A DNA stretch of 61,232 nucleotides from Bacteroidota bacterium. Its GTDB lineage: Bacteria > Bacteroidota > Bacteroidia > AKYH767-A > OLB10. The first letter of the stretch is position 1, and the number at the start of each line of letters is the position of its first letter. Shown piece after piece: positions 10,548-20,500 of this stretch. The position numbers and the translations under genes are program-made. Where the stretch lies: NCBI GenBank assembly GCA_963169675.1, contig CAUJFJ010000063.1:1-61232 (forward strand). The letters are read 5' to 3'. The notes under the pieces were generated by a model. The model saw only the letters and a program-made list of their open reading frames with translations, did not search any database and was not told the origin of the DNA.

Positions 10548-11441
10548 ATGATAACAATTGATCCCAAAGAAATTAAAACAGGGCAATTTCATGCACACAT
10601 GTTAAGTGCAGTTGCCCCCCGCCCTATTGCTTTTGCCAGTACCATCGACAATCAGGGTAATCCGAATTTAAGTCCGTATAGCTTTTTTAATGCTTTTGGT
10701 TCGAAACCTCCGACATTAATTTTCAGTCCCGCACGCCGTGTGCGCGACAACACCATAAAACATACGCTTGAAAACGTATATGAAAATATGGAGGTTGTTA
10801 TAAACGTTGTGAGTTATAACATGGTTCATCAGGCATCTTTGTCGAGTTGTGAATACCCGAAAGGTGTGAGTGAATTTATAAAAGCAGGATTTACACCTAT
10901 TCCATCACAGCTTGTAAAACCATTCCGAGTTAAAGAATCACCTGTACAATTTGAGTGCAAGGTAAAGCAGGTGATTGAAACAGGGACTGAAGGTGGGGCA
11001 GGTAATTTAATTATATGTGAAATTCTGCTCATGCACATCAATGAAGATGTAATGGACAGTGAAGGACGAATCGATCCTCATAAAATTGATCTGGTTGGAA
11101 GATGTGGCCAGGATTACTATTGCCGTGCATCCGGAGATGCGCTTTTTGAAGTTACCAAGCCAAATTTAAAAATGGGAATTGGAATAGATCAGATTCCGGC
11201 ATACATCCGTAACAGTGATGTCTTAAGTGGAAATGATCTGGGACAATTGGGAAATGTTGAAGCTCTCCCCGATAAGTCGGCTATATCCGAATTTGGTAAT
11301 ATGGAAGAAATAAAAAATTTGTCAGCGGTATTTGCATCCAATCCGGAATCAAAAAATAAGGCACTGCATTTAGCTGCGAAGGCACTCATTCAAGCTGGAA
11401 AAACAGACGATGCCTGGAAATTATTATTGCATTTTAGTTGA
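10548..11441 (+). CDS. Flavin reductase-like (FMN-binding split-barrel) family protein with C-terminal extension
   Basis: 297 aa. LSAVAPRPIAFASTIDNQGNPNLSPYSFFNAF is typical of the flavin reductase-like domain. About 90 extra C-terminal residues. Confidence 0.75.
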   Translation: MITIDPKEIKTGQFHAHMLSAVAPRPIAFASTIDNQGNPNLSPYSFFNAFGSKPPTLIFSPARRVRDNTIKHTLENVYENMEVVINVVSYNMVHQASLSSCEYPKGVSEFIKAGFTPIPSQLVKPFRVKESPVQFECKVKQVIETGTEGGAGNLIICEILLMHINEDVMDSEGRIDPHKIDLVGRCGQDYYCRASGDALFEVTKPNLKMGIGIDQIPAYIRNSDVLSGNDLGQLGNVEALPDKSAISEFGNMEEIKNLSAVFASNPESKNKALHLAAKALIQAGKTDDAWKLLLHFS

Positions 11442-11450
11442 AGCAACCGT

Positions 11451-12647
11451 TTAAAATTTTGAGTCAACAGCATCGCGTAAGCCATTGCCCAACCAGGTAA
11501 ATGCTAAAACCATGAGCATAATAGCAATGCCGGGGTATACTGCCAGATAAGCTGCATCAACAACTATGTAACCATAATTTTCTTTGATCATCATCCCCCA
11601 GGACGGAGTTGGTGGTTGAGCTCCCATTCCTAAAAAACTCAATCCGGCTTCGAGTAAAATTGCAGAAGCAAAATTCGAGGCGGCTATAACAATTACAGGA
11701 CTCAATATATTTGGCAACACATGTTTTCTGATGATTCTTGCGTTCGTAAATCCTAAAGCTTTTCCTGCTTCAACAAATTCCATTTCACGCAGACTAAAAA
11801 TCTGACCTCTCACAACTCTTGCAACTTCCACCCACATAGTCAGACCCACTGCGATAAAGACCTGAGCAAATCCTTTTCCAAGAGCCATTGTTATAGCTAT
11901 TACCAATAACAATGTTGGAATTGACCACACCACACTGGTGATCCACATAATAAAATCATCAGTTCTTCCTCTGAAAAATCCTGCCAGCGAGCCAAGAAGA
12001 ATTCCTATGATCAAAGAAATAACTACAGCAATTAATCCAACTGCCATCGACACTCTGGTGCCTGCCAAAATCCTGCTAAACAAATCGCGTCCAAACCGAT
12101 CGGTTCCAAGAATAAATTTCCGGTCAGCAATTCTCTCCTTAAGAAATTGCGCAGAAATTTCAGATTGTGCAATTGATTGTTTTTCTCCTGAATAGCTGAC
12201 CCACTTAAGTTCACCGTTTTGTAATTGAAAATCCCTGGTACCGGTAAACATTTCAGCGAGCGGTTGTTTTTCTACCAACATAGAATTTTCCGCATTACTT
12301 CCGAAACCAAGAAAATAAACGGTATCATTTTTTAGCCAAACAGAATCAACCGGAATTGACTTGAAAGTAGCTGGTGTACCTGTGAAAATCTTATCCAAAA
12401 CTCCTGCTTCTTCCAACTGCACTTTGACCGGAACACGAATCATTTGAACGGTAGTTCCGGGAGGTAAAATACTTAATGAAAGATTCATTTCATTGGCATT
12501 CGGCGACTGATCGGGCATAACCACATAGGCAAAAAGCGAAATGAATACTGCAAAAACTATAATCACCAAACCAGCCATTGCAGGAAAGTTTTTCCGGAGA
12601 CGCATCCAAAGAATCGCTGAAGGGGTTACCGGTTTACCTGAGTTCAT
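11451..12647 (-). CDS. ABC transporter permease, DppC/OppC family, with enlarged first periplasmic loop
   Basis: 398 aa. TM1, then a roughly 150-aa loop, then the GTDRFGRDLFSRIL motif and the binding-protein-dependent permease core (EAGKALG...). The start ATG overlaps the GT2 stop (TAATG). Confidence 0.8.
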   Translation of the reverse strand: MNSGKPVTPSAILWMRLRKNFPAMAGLVIIVFAVFISLFAYVVMPDQSPNANEMNLSLSILPPGTTVQMIRVPVKVQLEEAGVLDKIFTGTPATFKSIPVDSVWLKNDTVYFLGFGSNAENSMLVEKQPLAEMFTGTRDFQLQNGELKWVSYSGEKQSIAQSEISAQFLKERIADRKFILGTDRFGRDLFSRILAGTRVSMAVGLIAVVISLIIGILLGSLAGFFRGRTDDFIMWITSVVWSIPTLLLVIAITMALGKGFAQVFIAVGLTMWVEVARVVRGQIFSLREMEFVEAGKALGFTNARIIRKHVLPNILSPVIVIAASNFASAILLEAGLSFLGMGAQPPTPSWGMMIKENYGYIVVDAAYLAVYPGIAIMLMVLAFTWLGNGLRDAVDSKF

Positions 12648-13813
12648 TACTGACTTTTATAGTTTCTGTTCTTCCATTCATAATTAGTTTTTTTCATGGC
12701 AATAAAGGTGCCTGCCAATGAATAAAAAGGATACAGAATTTGAGCAGGTAAAAATACAAATAAAAGCCGAAGTTGAGCGGTAAATGTCGCGAGATGAAAC
12801 AAGAAGAGTAAATCAGCAGTTGCTTTTAAAATCCATATTGCCAGGGCAATGATCCAGTTCATACTTCCTATCACTGCTAATAAAGCAACGAGCAACAACA
12901 CCAGGTTAACAGCAAAAATCAGCAACCCGGTGGCTTTAACATACGACTCTTTGTAATACTTAACTTTAGAAGCCCACCGAACTCGTTGCCGTACAAAATG
13001 ATTCAAATCCGGCTGAGGGTTTGTAATGACAATCGATTTCGGATCCTCATTAAAAACAACCTTACCCGGAAACAGCTCATTTATTTTAAACATCAGATAC
13101 GTATCGTCGCCACCGGGCTGATCGCTTCCATAATCATAACCTCCGGCATCTGAAAAAGCTGCTTTGGTAAAGGCAAGGTTCGCACCATTGCACATTAGTG
13201 GTTTATTATTAATTACAGACGTTGCTCCAATACCAGAGAGACTAAGCACATCGATAGCCTGCAATTTGGCAAACAAATTTTCACCATCATGCAGCTTTAC
13301 AAAACCGGTTATCATCTGAGCGGAAGACTCCGCAAATTTTGCAGCAAATGATGCAATCCAATCCGGAGATACGGAACAATCGGCATCAGTTGTCAGAATA
13401 AGATCACCTGTTGCCATTTTAATTGCACGTTCGAGTGCTGCTTTTTTACCGGACAGTTGATTTTCTGTTGCGTTAATAAGTAGAAATTGTATGCCACATT
13501 GTTGAAACTTATGCGTAATGGCGTTGCACACATCTGCAGTTTTATCGGTAGAAAAATCGTTACTGATAATAACCTGAAATTTTGCAGGAGGATAATTTTG
13601 CGTGAGTAAATCCTGCAAAAGGCTTCCTATTTGAGATTCCTCATTTCTGGCTGCAATGATAACAGAGACGGATGTATTTTGTCCTGATGGTGACACTGGT
13701 TTTCTGTTCACATATTTTATCCAGGCCAAATTATTTCGGGCGACCCAGGTTACATAGCTTAGTGCTATGATCACAGCGATAAGTGAAAAAATTATTTCAA
13801 GTGGAACCATCAT
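12647..13813 (-). CDS. Family 2 glycosyltransferase (processive-type D,D,D,QxxRW signature) with C-terminal TM segments
   Basis: 388 aa. N-terminal TM, VSVIIAARNEE, TTDADC (DxD-like), QRVRWA (Q-x-x-R-W), then 3-4 C-terminal TM helices. ATGA overlap with the upstream gene. Confidence 0.8.
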   Translation of the reverse strand: MMVPLEIIFSLIAVIIALSYVTWVARNNLAWIKYVNRKPVSPSGQNTSVSVIIAARNEESQIGSLLQDLLTQNYPPAKFQVIISNDFSTDKTADVCNAITHKFQQCGIQFLLINATENQLSGKKAALERAIKMATGDLILTTDADCSVSPDWIASFAAKFAESSAQMITGFVKLHDGENLFAKLQAIDVLSLSGIGATSVINNKPLMCNGANLAFTKAAFSDAGGYDYGSDQPGGDDTYLMFKINELFPGKVVFNEDPKSIVITNPQPDLNHFVRQRVRWASKVKYYKESYVKATGLLIFAVNLVLLLVALLAVIGSMNWIIALAIWILKATADLLFLFHLATFTAQLRLLFVFLPAQILYPFYSLAGTFIAMKKTNYEWKNRNYKSQ

Positions 13814-14775
13814 CTGTTAAGCCGGAAATAAAATACAGATAGCGCTCCCAAAATAGCAGGAATTGCGAGATTAATAAGCCACAGCACTGATGTTGCAGCT
13901 AAAATTGCTGCCGGGTTAGCAGCAGCAGGTGATAAAAAATAGAGTGCGACAGAACCTCTGACAGTTAATTCAGACAGTGCAATACTTGGCACAACCGCCA
14001 TTACCAGATAAATCAGGGTTATGAAACGCATGGCTTCCAGATAGGGCAATGAAACGCCAAAAAATTCAAGCATTAAAATAAACTGGTAAGAGAAAACCAA
14101 GTAACGAAAGGCCGATAACATCGTTAATTTTAACAAATCATATTTGGTATACAAGCTAAAAATCCTGGCATATAAAGCCAGTTTTTTCAAGGCATTTGTT
14201 TTAGCAATTATCTTTCCCAATAATGGTAGTCTGAAATAAATAATGATCAAACCTATCATACCGATCAAAATTAGTGCTCCAACAAGTTGTATTACTACCT
14301 TGTCTTCATTCATAAAATCGTTGAGAGAGAACAGCAGGCCCATTCCACCTGCGATGATGGTCACCAATAATTGATTCATACTCCCGATAATTGCGGCAAT
14401 AGCTCCTTTTATTCTGGAACCACTTTCCATGTGCATCACTCTGCCTGCAAATTCACCGGTTCTGTTTGGAGTAAAAATGCTTACCGTAACTCCACTCATA
14501 ACTGCACGAAAGCAGGAGAGCCATCCGGCAGGATAAAACCTTTGCAACAGCAACTTCCATTTGCCTGTTTCAAGAAGCCAGTTTACCAACATCAACAGGC
14601 CTACTGTAATAAGGATAAAACTATTATTCGGGTTCAGCAGGGCCGATTTAATACCAGCCACCATTTCATCAAAGTCGGGTCTGGAAATAATTTTAACATA
14701 AATAAAATAGGCAGAGCCCAGGGCAAGTATAGACTTGACCAGATTAATGACAAAATGCCGTGAGCTACTATTCAT
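13810..14775 (-). CDS. Flippase-like integral membrane protein (UPF0104 / lysyl-PG synthase TM-region family)
   Basis: Polytopic membrane protein of about 8 TM. I prefer the ATG at 14775 (MNSSSRHFVINLV...), because the longer ORF to 14898 would run through the ruvC promoter and start. Confidence 0.6.
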   Translation of the reverse strand: MNSSSRHFVINLVKSILALGSAYFIYVKIISRPDFDEMVAGIKSALLNPNNSFILITVGLLMLVNWLLETGKWKLLLQRFYPAGWLSCFRAVMSGVTVSIFTPNRTGEFAGRVMHMESGSRIKGAIAAIIGSMNQLLVTIIAGGMGLLFSLNDFMNEDKVVIQLVGALILIGMIGLIIIYFRLPLLGKIIAKTNALKKLALYARIFSLYTKYDLLKLTMLSAFRYLVFSYQFILMLEFFGVSLPYLEAMRFITLIYLVMAVVPSIALSELTVRGSVALYFLSPAAANPAAILAATSVLWLINLAIPAILGALSVFYFRLNR

Positions 14776-14834
14776 CGTTACCAAATCGGTTAACAATGTT
14801 AGAAAAAAATCCCGCTCATGCGACAGAACTTCTA

Positions 14835-14842
14835 TAACTTTG
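14835..14842 (+). promoter_or_regulatory. -7 promoter box TAACTTTG for ruvC
   Basis: TAnnTTTG consensus only 9 nt upstream of ATG 14852. It supports that start and implies a very short leader. Confidence 0.5.
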
Positions 14843-14851
14843 ACGGTACGA

Positions 14852-15418
14852 ATGGCGACTGATAAAGTTATTTTAGGAATTGATCCGGGCACCAACATTA
14901 TGGGTTACGGCATAATTGCATTGAAGGGCAATGCGATGACGTTGGTTTCGGCGGGGATTATTGATTTATCAAAGTTCGATGACCATCATGTTAAATTAAA
15001 AAAAATATTTGAGCGGACTGTAGGATTGATTGATGAGTACCATCCTGATGAGTTAGCAATTGAAGCGCCTTTTTTTGGTAAGAATGTGCAATCGATGCTA
15101 AAACTAGGTCGTGCTCAAGGAGTTGCAATTGCCGGCGCATTATCGAGGAACATGCCTGTTTTTGAATATTCCCCAAAAAAAATAAAGCAATCGATTACAG
15201 GGAATGGGAATGCTTCTAAGGAACAGGTTGCTGCTATGTTGCAATCCCTATTGCAATTTGAAGAAATGCCTAAGTTTCTGGATGCAACGGATGGATTAGG
15301 AGCTGCAGTATGTCACTATTTTCAAAACGGCAATGTTGCTACAAAATCAGGACAAAAGAGCAAATCTTTCAGTGGCTGGAAGGCTTTTCTGCAAGAAAAC
15401 CCAGATAGAAAAGGGTAA
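14852..15418 (+). CDS. ruvC: Crossover junction endodeoxyribonuclease RuvC
   Basis: Start at MATDKVILGIDPGTNIMGYGI (catalytic Asp). Also ELAIEAPFFGKNVQS and DATDGLGAAVCH. The upstream 39 codons of the tracked ORF have no RuvC counterpart. Confidence 0.93.
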   Translation: MATDKVILGIDPGTNIMGYGIIALKGNAMTLVSAGIIDLSKFDDHHVKLKKIFERTVGLIDEYHPDELAIEAPFFGKNVQSMLKLGRAQGVAIAGALSRNMPVFEYSPKKIKQSITGNGNASKEQVAAMLQSLLQFEEMPKFLDATDGLGAAVCHYFQNGNVATKSGQKSKSFSGWKAFLQENPDRKG

Positions 15419-15424
15419 TCGTTT

Positions 15425-15817
15425 TTATAATGCTGCTTTAATTTTGGCAGCTGTTTCCTGCATCACCTCGGTAGGAAGCGTCAGTTTAGGTAAAGAAAAA
15501 TTGATATCAGACATGGTATTTAAAGGAATGAGGTGAATGTGAGTATGAGGCACTTCGAGACCAATAACAGCTACGCCAATACGTATGCAGGGCACAGATT
15601 TACGAAGTGCAACAGCCACTTTTTTCGCGAAGGCCATCAGTTCCAGATAATCCGGATCTTCCAAATCAAAAATATAATCGATTTCAGCTTTAGGAATTAC
15701 CAATGTATGTCCTTTAGCTAATGGATTCACATCCAGAAAAGCCAAAAATTTTTCATTCTCAGCAATTTTATATGCCGGAATTTCGCCTGAGACGATACGA
15801 GAAAATACAGATGCCAT
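15425..15817 (-). CDS. HIT (histidine triad) family protein
   Basis: 130 aa. Histidine triad HTHIHLIP. Starts 3 nt downstream of greA, so probably cotranscribed. Confidence 0.9.
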   Translation of the reverse strand: MASVFSRIVSGEIPAYKIAENEKFLAFLDVNPLAKGHTLVIPKAEIDYIFDLEDPDYLELMAFAKKVAVALRKSVPCIRIGVAVIGLEVPHTHIHLIPLNTMSDINFSLPKLTLPTEVMQETAAKIKAAL

Positions 15818-15820
15818 GAT

Positions 15821-16294
15821 TTATCTGGTAATATCAATAATTTCGAATTTCATCAATCCTGAAGGCACGGCAATATCAACCTGATCCCCTTTTTTCTTTC
15901 CGAGTAAACCTTTTCCAATTGGGGATGTCACCGAAATCTTTCCTGACTTAAGATCAGCTTCATTTTCAGTAACCAGGGTGTAGGTCATTTCAGCTTTATT
16001 GGCAACATTTCTGATTTTAACTTTAGAAAGAACAGAAACCTTAGAAATATCAATTTTGGATTCATCAAGCAAACGTGCTGTTGCCATCAATTCTTCCAAT
16101 TTAGAGATCTTCAATTCAAGCAACCCTTGTGCATCTTTGGCTGCATCATATTCGGCATTTTCCGACAAGTCACCTTTTTCACGGGCTTCTGCGATTTGTC
16201 TTGAAATGCTGGGTCTTTCAATAGTTTTCAAGTGATTGAGTTCGTCTTGTAATTTCTTAAGACCTTCCTCTGTAAAATAGTTCACCTGGCTCAT
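15821..16294 (-). CDS. greA: Transcription elongation factor GreA
   Basis: 157 aa. N-terminal coiled-coil with acidic tip (EAREKGDLSENAEYDAAKD). C-terminal domain with SPIGKGLLGKKKGD. Confidence 0.96.
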   Translation of the reverse strand: MSQVNYFTEEGLKKLQDELNHLKTIERPSISRQIAEAREKGDLSENAEYDAAKDAQGLLELKISKLEELMATARLLDESKIDISKVSVLSKVKIRNVANKAEMTYTLVTENEADLKSGKISVTSPIGKGLLGKKKGDQVDIAVPSGLMKFEIIDITR

Positions 16295-16321
16295 TTTTTT
16301 ACGTTTTAATCAATTATTACT

Positions 16322-16367
16322 AAACACAATAAAATGAAAGAAGACCCTTGGGTAAGGGTCCTCTTTC
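16322..16367 (-). terminator. Intrinsic terminator ending the 25373-16395 operon (also lies in the greA leader)
   Basis: 14-bp stem with one mismatch, on the minus strand GAAAGAGGACCCTT-ACCC-AAGGGTCTTCTTTC (16336-16367), followed by AUUUUAUUGUGUUU. Confidence 0.8.
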
Positions 16368-16373
16368 ATTTAG

Positions 16374-16381
16374 CAAAGATA
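16374..16381 (-). promoter_or_regulatory. -7 promoter box (TATCTTTG on minus strand) for greA
   Basis: Perfect TAnnTTTG, 6 nt upstream of the terminator hairpin and 79 nt upstream of the greA ATG. I found no other consensus box between the hairpin and greA. Confidence 0.5.
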
Positions 16382-16394
16382 ATTCTTTTTTTTA

Positions 16395-17462
16395 TCAGAG
16401 GATGATTCTGGCACCAATGCTATGGCATCCGTCGAAGAATTCAGTTGATTTATAAGAATAATCAATTCCGAATTTCTTTCCACTTTTACCTAGTGGCAAA
16501 TCAACTGATACACCAGCATTTAAACCCGACATTGCAGTTGCGCGATCTTCATCACTTGACATATCTTTTTCAAATACATATCCTCCACGAAGAGAGAACA
16601 TTTCTTTGAAAGCATATTCAATTCCAAGACCGAATTGATCGTTGGTAAACGAATTAGAAGTGAATGCAGCAACTCCGGTCAAACGGTGATTTTCCATGAT
16701 TTTATAATCATAAGAAGCACCAATATTTACCAAAGAAGGTAATTCAAACTTCTCTGCACGTGACTGAATTGTTAACTGATAAGTAGCTTCTACAGGAGGA
16801 TTTCCTCTGAAAGAAAGTCCATCACCTGAGAAACGCATTGGAGTTCCAACGTTCTTCAATGATATACCAAATTTCAAATTGTCTTTTGCTTCATTTGTTC
16901 CGGTCACATACTGGATACCGGCATCAAACGCAACACCTTGAGCTTTCACATCAGATATTGATTGAGAAATCACTCTTACAGTCATACCTCCGTAAATACT
17001 ATTGGAGAATGCTTTTGCATAAGAAAGACCCAGGTTGATGAATTGAGGGGTATAGGTACCGATACCACCTTCCGGTTGATCAACGGTAGTTACCTGAATA
17101 TCTCCAAAATTCATTGACATAACACCAAGTGCCAGCACTCCTGTTTCTCCAACTTTCTGAGAAAAACCGAATGAGTTAATCTTGATATCGGCTCCTTTAA
17201 GCCAGTTTGTATAAGAAAACGCTATTTCTGTTTTCTTAGTAAATGCAAGACCCGCTACGTTATTGAACTGTGCTTCCATGCCTCTGACATTTGCAATGTT
17301 CAATCCACCCCAACCAGAACTTCTGGTCCATGGGTTTATCAGCAACTCAGATGCACCTGCCTGACCGGCACGGTCTTCGTTACCTGCCTGAGCAGGTACT
17401 ACTACAGCGAGCAGGGATGCAGTGAGTAAACTGGTTAATATAGGTTTTATATATTGCTTCAT
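16395..17462 (-). CDS. PorV/PorQ-family (FadL-like) outer-membrane beta-barrel protein
   Basis: 355 aa. Signal peptide ...VVPAQA. The N-terminal block GASELLINPWTRSSGWGGLNIA resembles the PorV/PorQ signature (hydrophobic-x-I/L-x-P-x-x-R-x-x-G-M/L-G-G). Alternating beta-strand pattern throughout. It lacks the QQDPxFSQY motif of PorP/SprF. Confidence 0.6.
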   Translation of the reverse strand: MKQYIKPILTSLLTASLLAVVVPAQAGNEDRAGQAGASELLINPWTRSSGWGGLNIANVRGMEAQFNNVAGLAFTKKTEIAFSYTNWLKGADIKINSFGFSQKVGETGVLALGVMSMNFGDIQVTTVDQPEGGIGTYTPQFINLGLSYAKAFSNSIYGGMTVRVISQSISDVKAQGVAFDAGIQYVTGTNEAKDNLKFGISLKNVGTPMRFSGDGLSFRGNPPVEATYQLTIQSRAEKFELPSLVNIGASYDYKIMENHRLTGVAAFTSNSFTNDQFGLGIEYAFKEMFSLRGGYVFEKDMSSDEDRATAMSGLNAGVSVDLPLGKSGKKFGIDYSYKSTEFFDGCHSIGARIIL

Positions 17463-17505
17463 ATGTTGATTGGTTAATGAGGTTCGTGTTTAAGTTAATT
17501 TCCTG

Positions 17506-20500
17506 TTAGAATGTATCAAGGTCAATTGGCCTGATCATACCGAACCATTTCAGTGTTTTCTCACCTAGGCCGGGAGCTTCAATGTGTATCAGATACATAC
17601 CGGAGGCAACAGGAACACCTTTCTGGTTTTTCAGATCCCAATCAATTGAAGTTTCTGTATTAGGAACCGCAGGATCATACACGACACCTTCTGAATTATC
17701 TTTAGCAACGTCTCTGTTGAATTTCCTGATTAAAGTACCATTTTTAGTGAATATTGTAACAGTACACAAAGGAGGAAGATTCGTGATTTTGATTCTGTTA
17801 TCCAACTGCGATACTTCGTATCCTGAGAATGCATAGTATGGGTTAGGAACAACATTGATCAGATCGAGAGCGGTAGTTGCAGCACTTACATTGTCTGTTG
17901 TATTTGCAAGATCAGCAGTACCGAAAGTATACAACGGATCAAATCCGTTTGCAGGAGCAGTAGTAGTAACTGTTCCACCACCTGTAAATACTGTAACAGT
18001 ACCTGCAACAAATGAATCACCTACTTCAGTATAGGTTGTACCATCATAAGTCACAGGAGCAGAAGCAATATAGTAAGTTGAACCGCTAGTTAATGACTGA
18101 TTGCTTTTCAATACATCAGCAGTAGCATAAGTTCTATAGCTTCTTGCAACGCGTAATCTTACTTTCACATCTGCAGGAATTCCTTCAGGAAGGTTCAGAC
18201 TAGAGAAGTCTTCAGAAAGCATTGGAATGCTTACATACATCGCATCTTTCCAAAGATTTCTTTTAGCTGTAGTATTGGCAGAAGGAACACCTGGATATTC
18301 ACCTGCACCAAGTTGTGCAAGGTCTTTAATTGATTTTCCTTCATCATAATGAGCAACATCAGCAAGGAATGCAGTCGGAGTTCCGTTAACAGTTACATTG
18401 AATGTTGCATCACCATTGTGTCCAAATACATAGATGTAATGCATACCACCAAATACTGGCTCAGGAGGACTGATTGTGTTATCAAATTGCGTTGATGTTG
18501 GATTCCATTTCATGTCACCACCATTTTCACCACCTAAAATAGAATTTTCACCGAAAGCAATATTTAAACGCTCACCAGTTTCAAGATTCACAGCATAACC
18601 AGGGAACCAGCTCATACCATCGCCGGTACCATCAGGGTTTCCATTTTTATCGATTGAAGGTGATTTACGCAAGTCGAATGCTTTTGCAGAACCAATTGTT
18701 CCTGCACCGGTAGTACCACCACCAATTTCAAAAACAGGTGATCTTGTCCATTTGCTCTTATCAGAAGTGATGATGATATCAACACTAGCAATTGAAGTCT
18801 TAGAGTTACCTCCCGGAGAAAGTGAAATCTGTGCTTCAGCAATACCTGACCATTTTGGTCCTGGATAAGTTTTAGAAGTCAATTTGTATGGAGCCCAGGT
18901 ACCATCTACCATGGTTTCATAAGCCTGAATATCATCAAGACCACCGTAAGTTCCACCTGCACCTGAAAGGATCCAGTCTTCTGCAGAAGCATCTTCAGCA
19001 TCAACTAATGGAGCTAACCATTTCAGATCTTCATCAGAGAATTCAACAGACGATTCGAGTAATCCATTGTTTTCAGCACCAGGCTTTCCAGCTTCAAGTA
19101 CATTTTTGATATTAGCACTTAGTCCCCACTCAGGGAATACCTGCTCATTGTTTTGTCCAAGACTTCTTTCAGAATCAACAGTAGTGTTAGTTGAAAGATT
19201 AGACATTTTCCAGGTATCAGTATCAGTTACTCCATTGAAACGAGTTTCATAGTTGTAGTTTTCAATTAAAACCGGATCATAAACTTTGATTGGTAATGGC
19301 CCATTTCCACCAACATACTCAGGTTCACGAACGCGATAAGGTGCATTGAGGATATCATTTTCGTAGCTATTTGCAAAGTCGAGAATCATACCACCATTAC
19401 CTTGTCCTTCGATACGCTTAATTCTTGGACCATCACCATAGTCTGAGCCCAATACTTGGCCGCTATTTTCAGGAGTTGGAATATGTGGAATTGCGCTATA
19501 AGTTTTGATGTTGTTACGACCAGCCAGGTAAGGTTTTTTCTGACCATCCAGTGCAGCTGGATCATTTGGATCATATTTCTTGTACTGGTTGTATGCATAA
19601 GCAACAACAGTAAAGTAATAGGTCTTGTGATTGATCAACGCGGTATTTCCAGTAGCAAATAAATCCTGAGTGATAACAAATGTGTGATTGATTCCTTTAT
19701 CAGAACCATTTACCATTTCCATCGGAATGTTTGCATTGAGAGCAGGATCGAAACTAAAGTTAACGATTTGAGCAACTCCATCTTTAATATCAACTTGTTG
19801 AGCCAAACGGATACGGTCAGGATTTCCAATATCAGAAGTGGTTGCAGAAGCATCTTTCAACTGGAATATCTGATATCCCTGGAATTTGAAACGTGCGTCA
19901 TCCTCAGGAACACCAACAATTGTTGGGTCAATCTGATCATACAATTCAACTGCTGAAGTATCATAATTAGTTAAAGAAAGGATCAAACGTTTGTCTAATT
20001 CGCGAATTGACATATCAGGTGCATTCGGACCATCGATCAACTTGAAGCAATTATCAAACAATGCCTGAGCTTTGTCATCTGCAAGTTTCATAAGATCAAC
20101 AGAAGCTTGCGGACCACCTTGCTGAGCACGAGCCCAAACAACTCCGGTAGTGATGTAGTTAACTGCACCAGGAGTAAGAGTAAATGTTCCGGCTGATTGC
20201 AGGAATCGACGATCTTCAGGTGGGTTACCTGCAGTAAATTCAGACCATTCTCCTAATGTTGGGAAATTGTCAGGGTCAGTTGTACCAGGGAACATGAAGT
20301 CACAAACCGGTGCACCGGCATTTCTTCCGTCGCCACCATAAGTAATTGGTTGGTTATCTAACCAGATACCACGAAGATAATTGTAGAAATCAGTAAATCC
20401 GTTAGGGTTACCGATAGGTGAGTTATTTACGTTATTATAGTAAACGAATTTAGACATGATGATTTGCTCACCAAGAATGTTATCGTCATAAGTAAGTGTA

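Noticed and set aside
14371-14763. 130-aa ORF antisense to the flippase-like gene
   Set aside because: It is a shadow ORF inside a polytopic membrane-protein gene, with a basic low-complexity translation.
14776-14898. N-terminal extension of the flippase-like ORF, and the matching extension of ruvC (14735-14851)
   Set aside because: The two extended ORFs would overlap each other head-to-head across the ruvC -7 box. Internal ATGs give a proper TM start and the canonical RuvC N-terminus.
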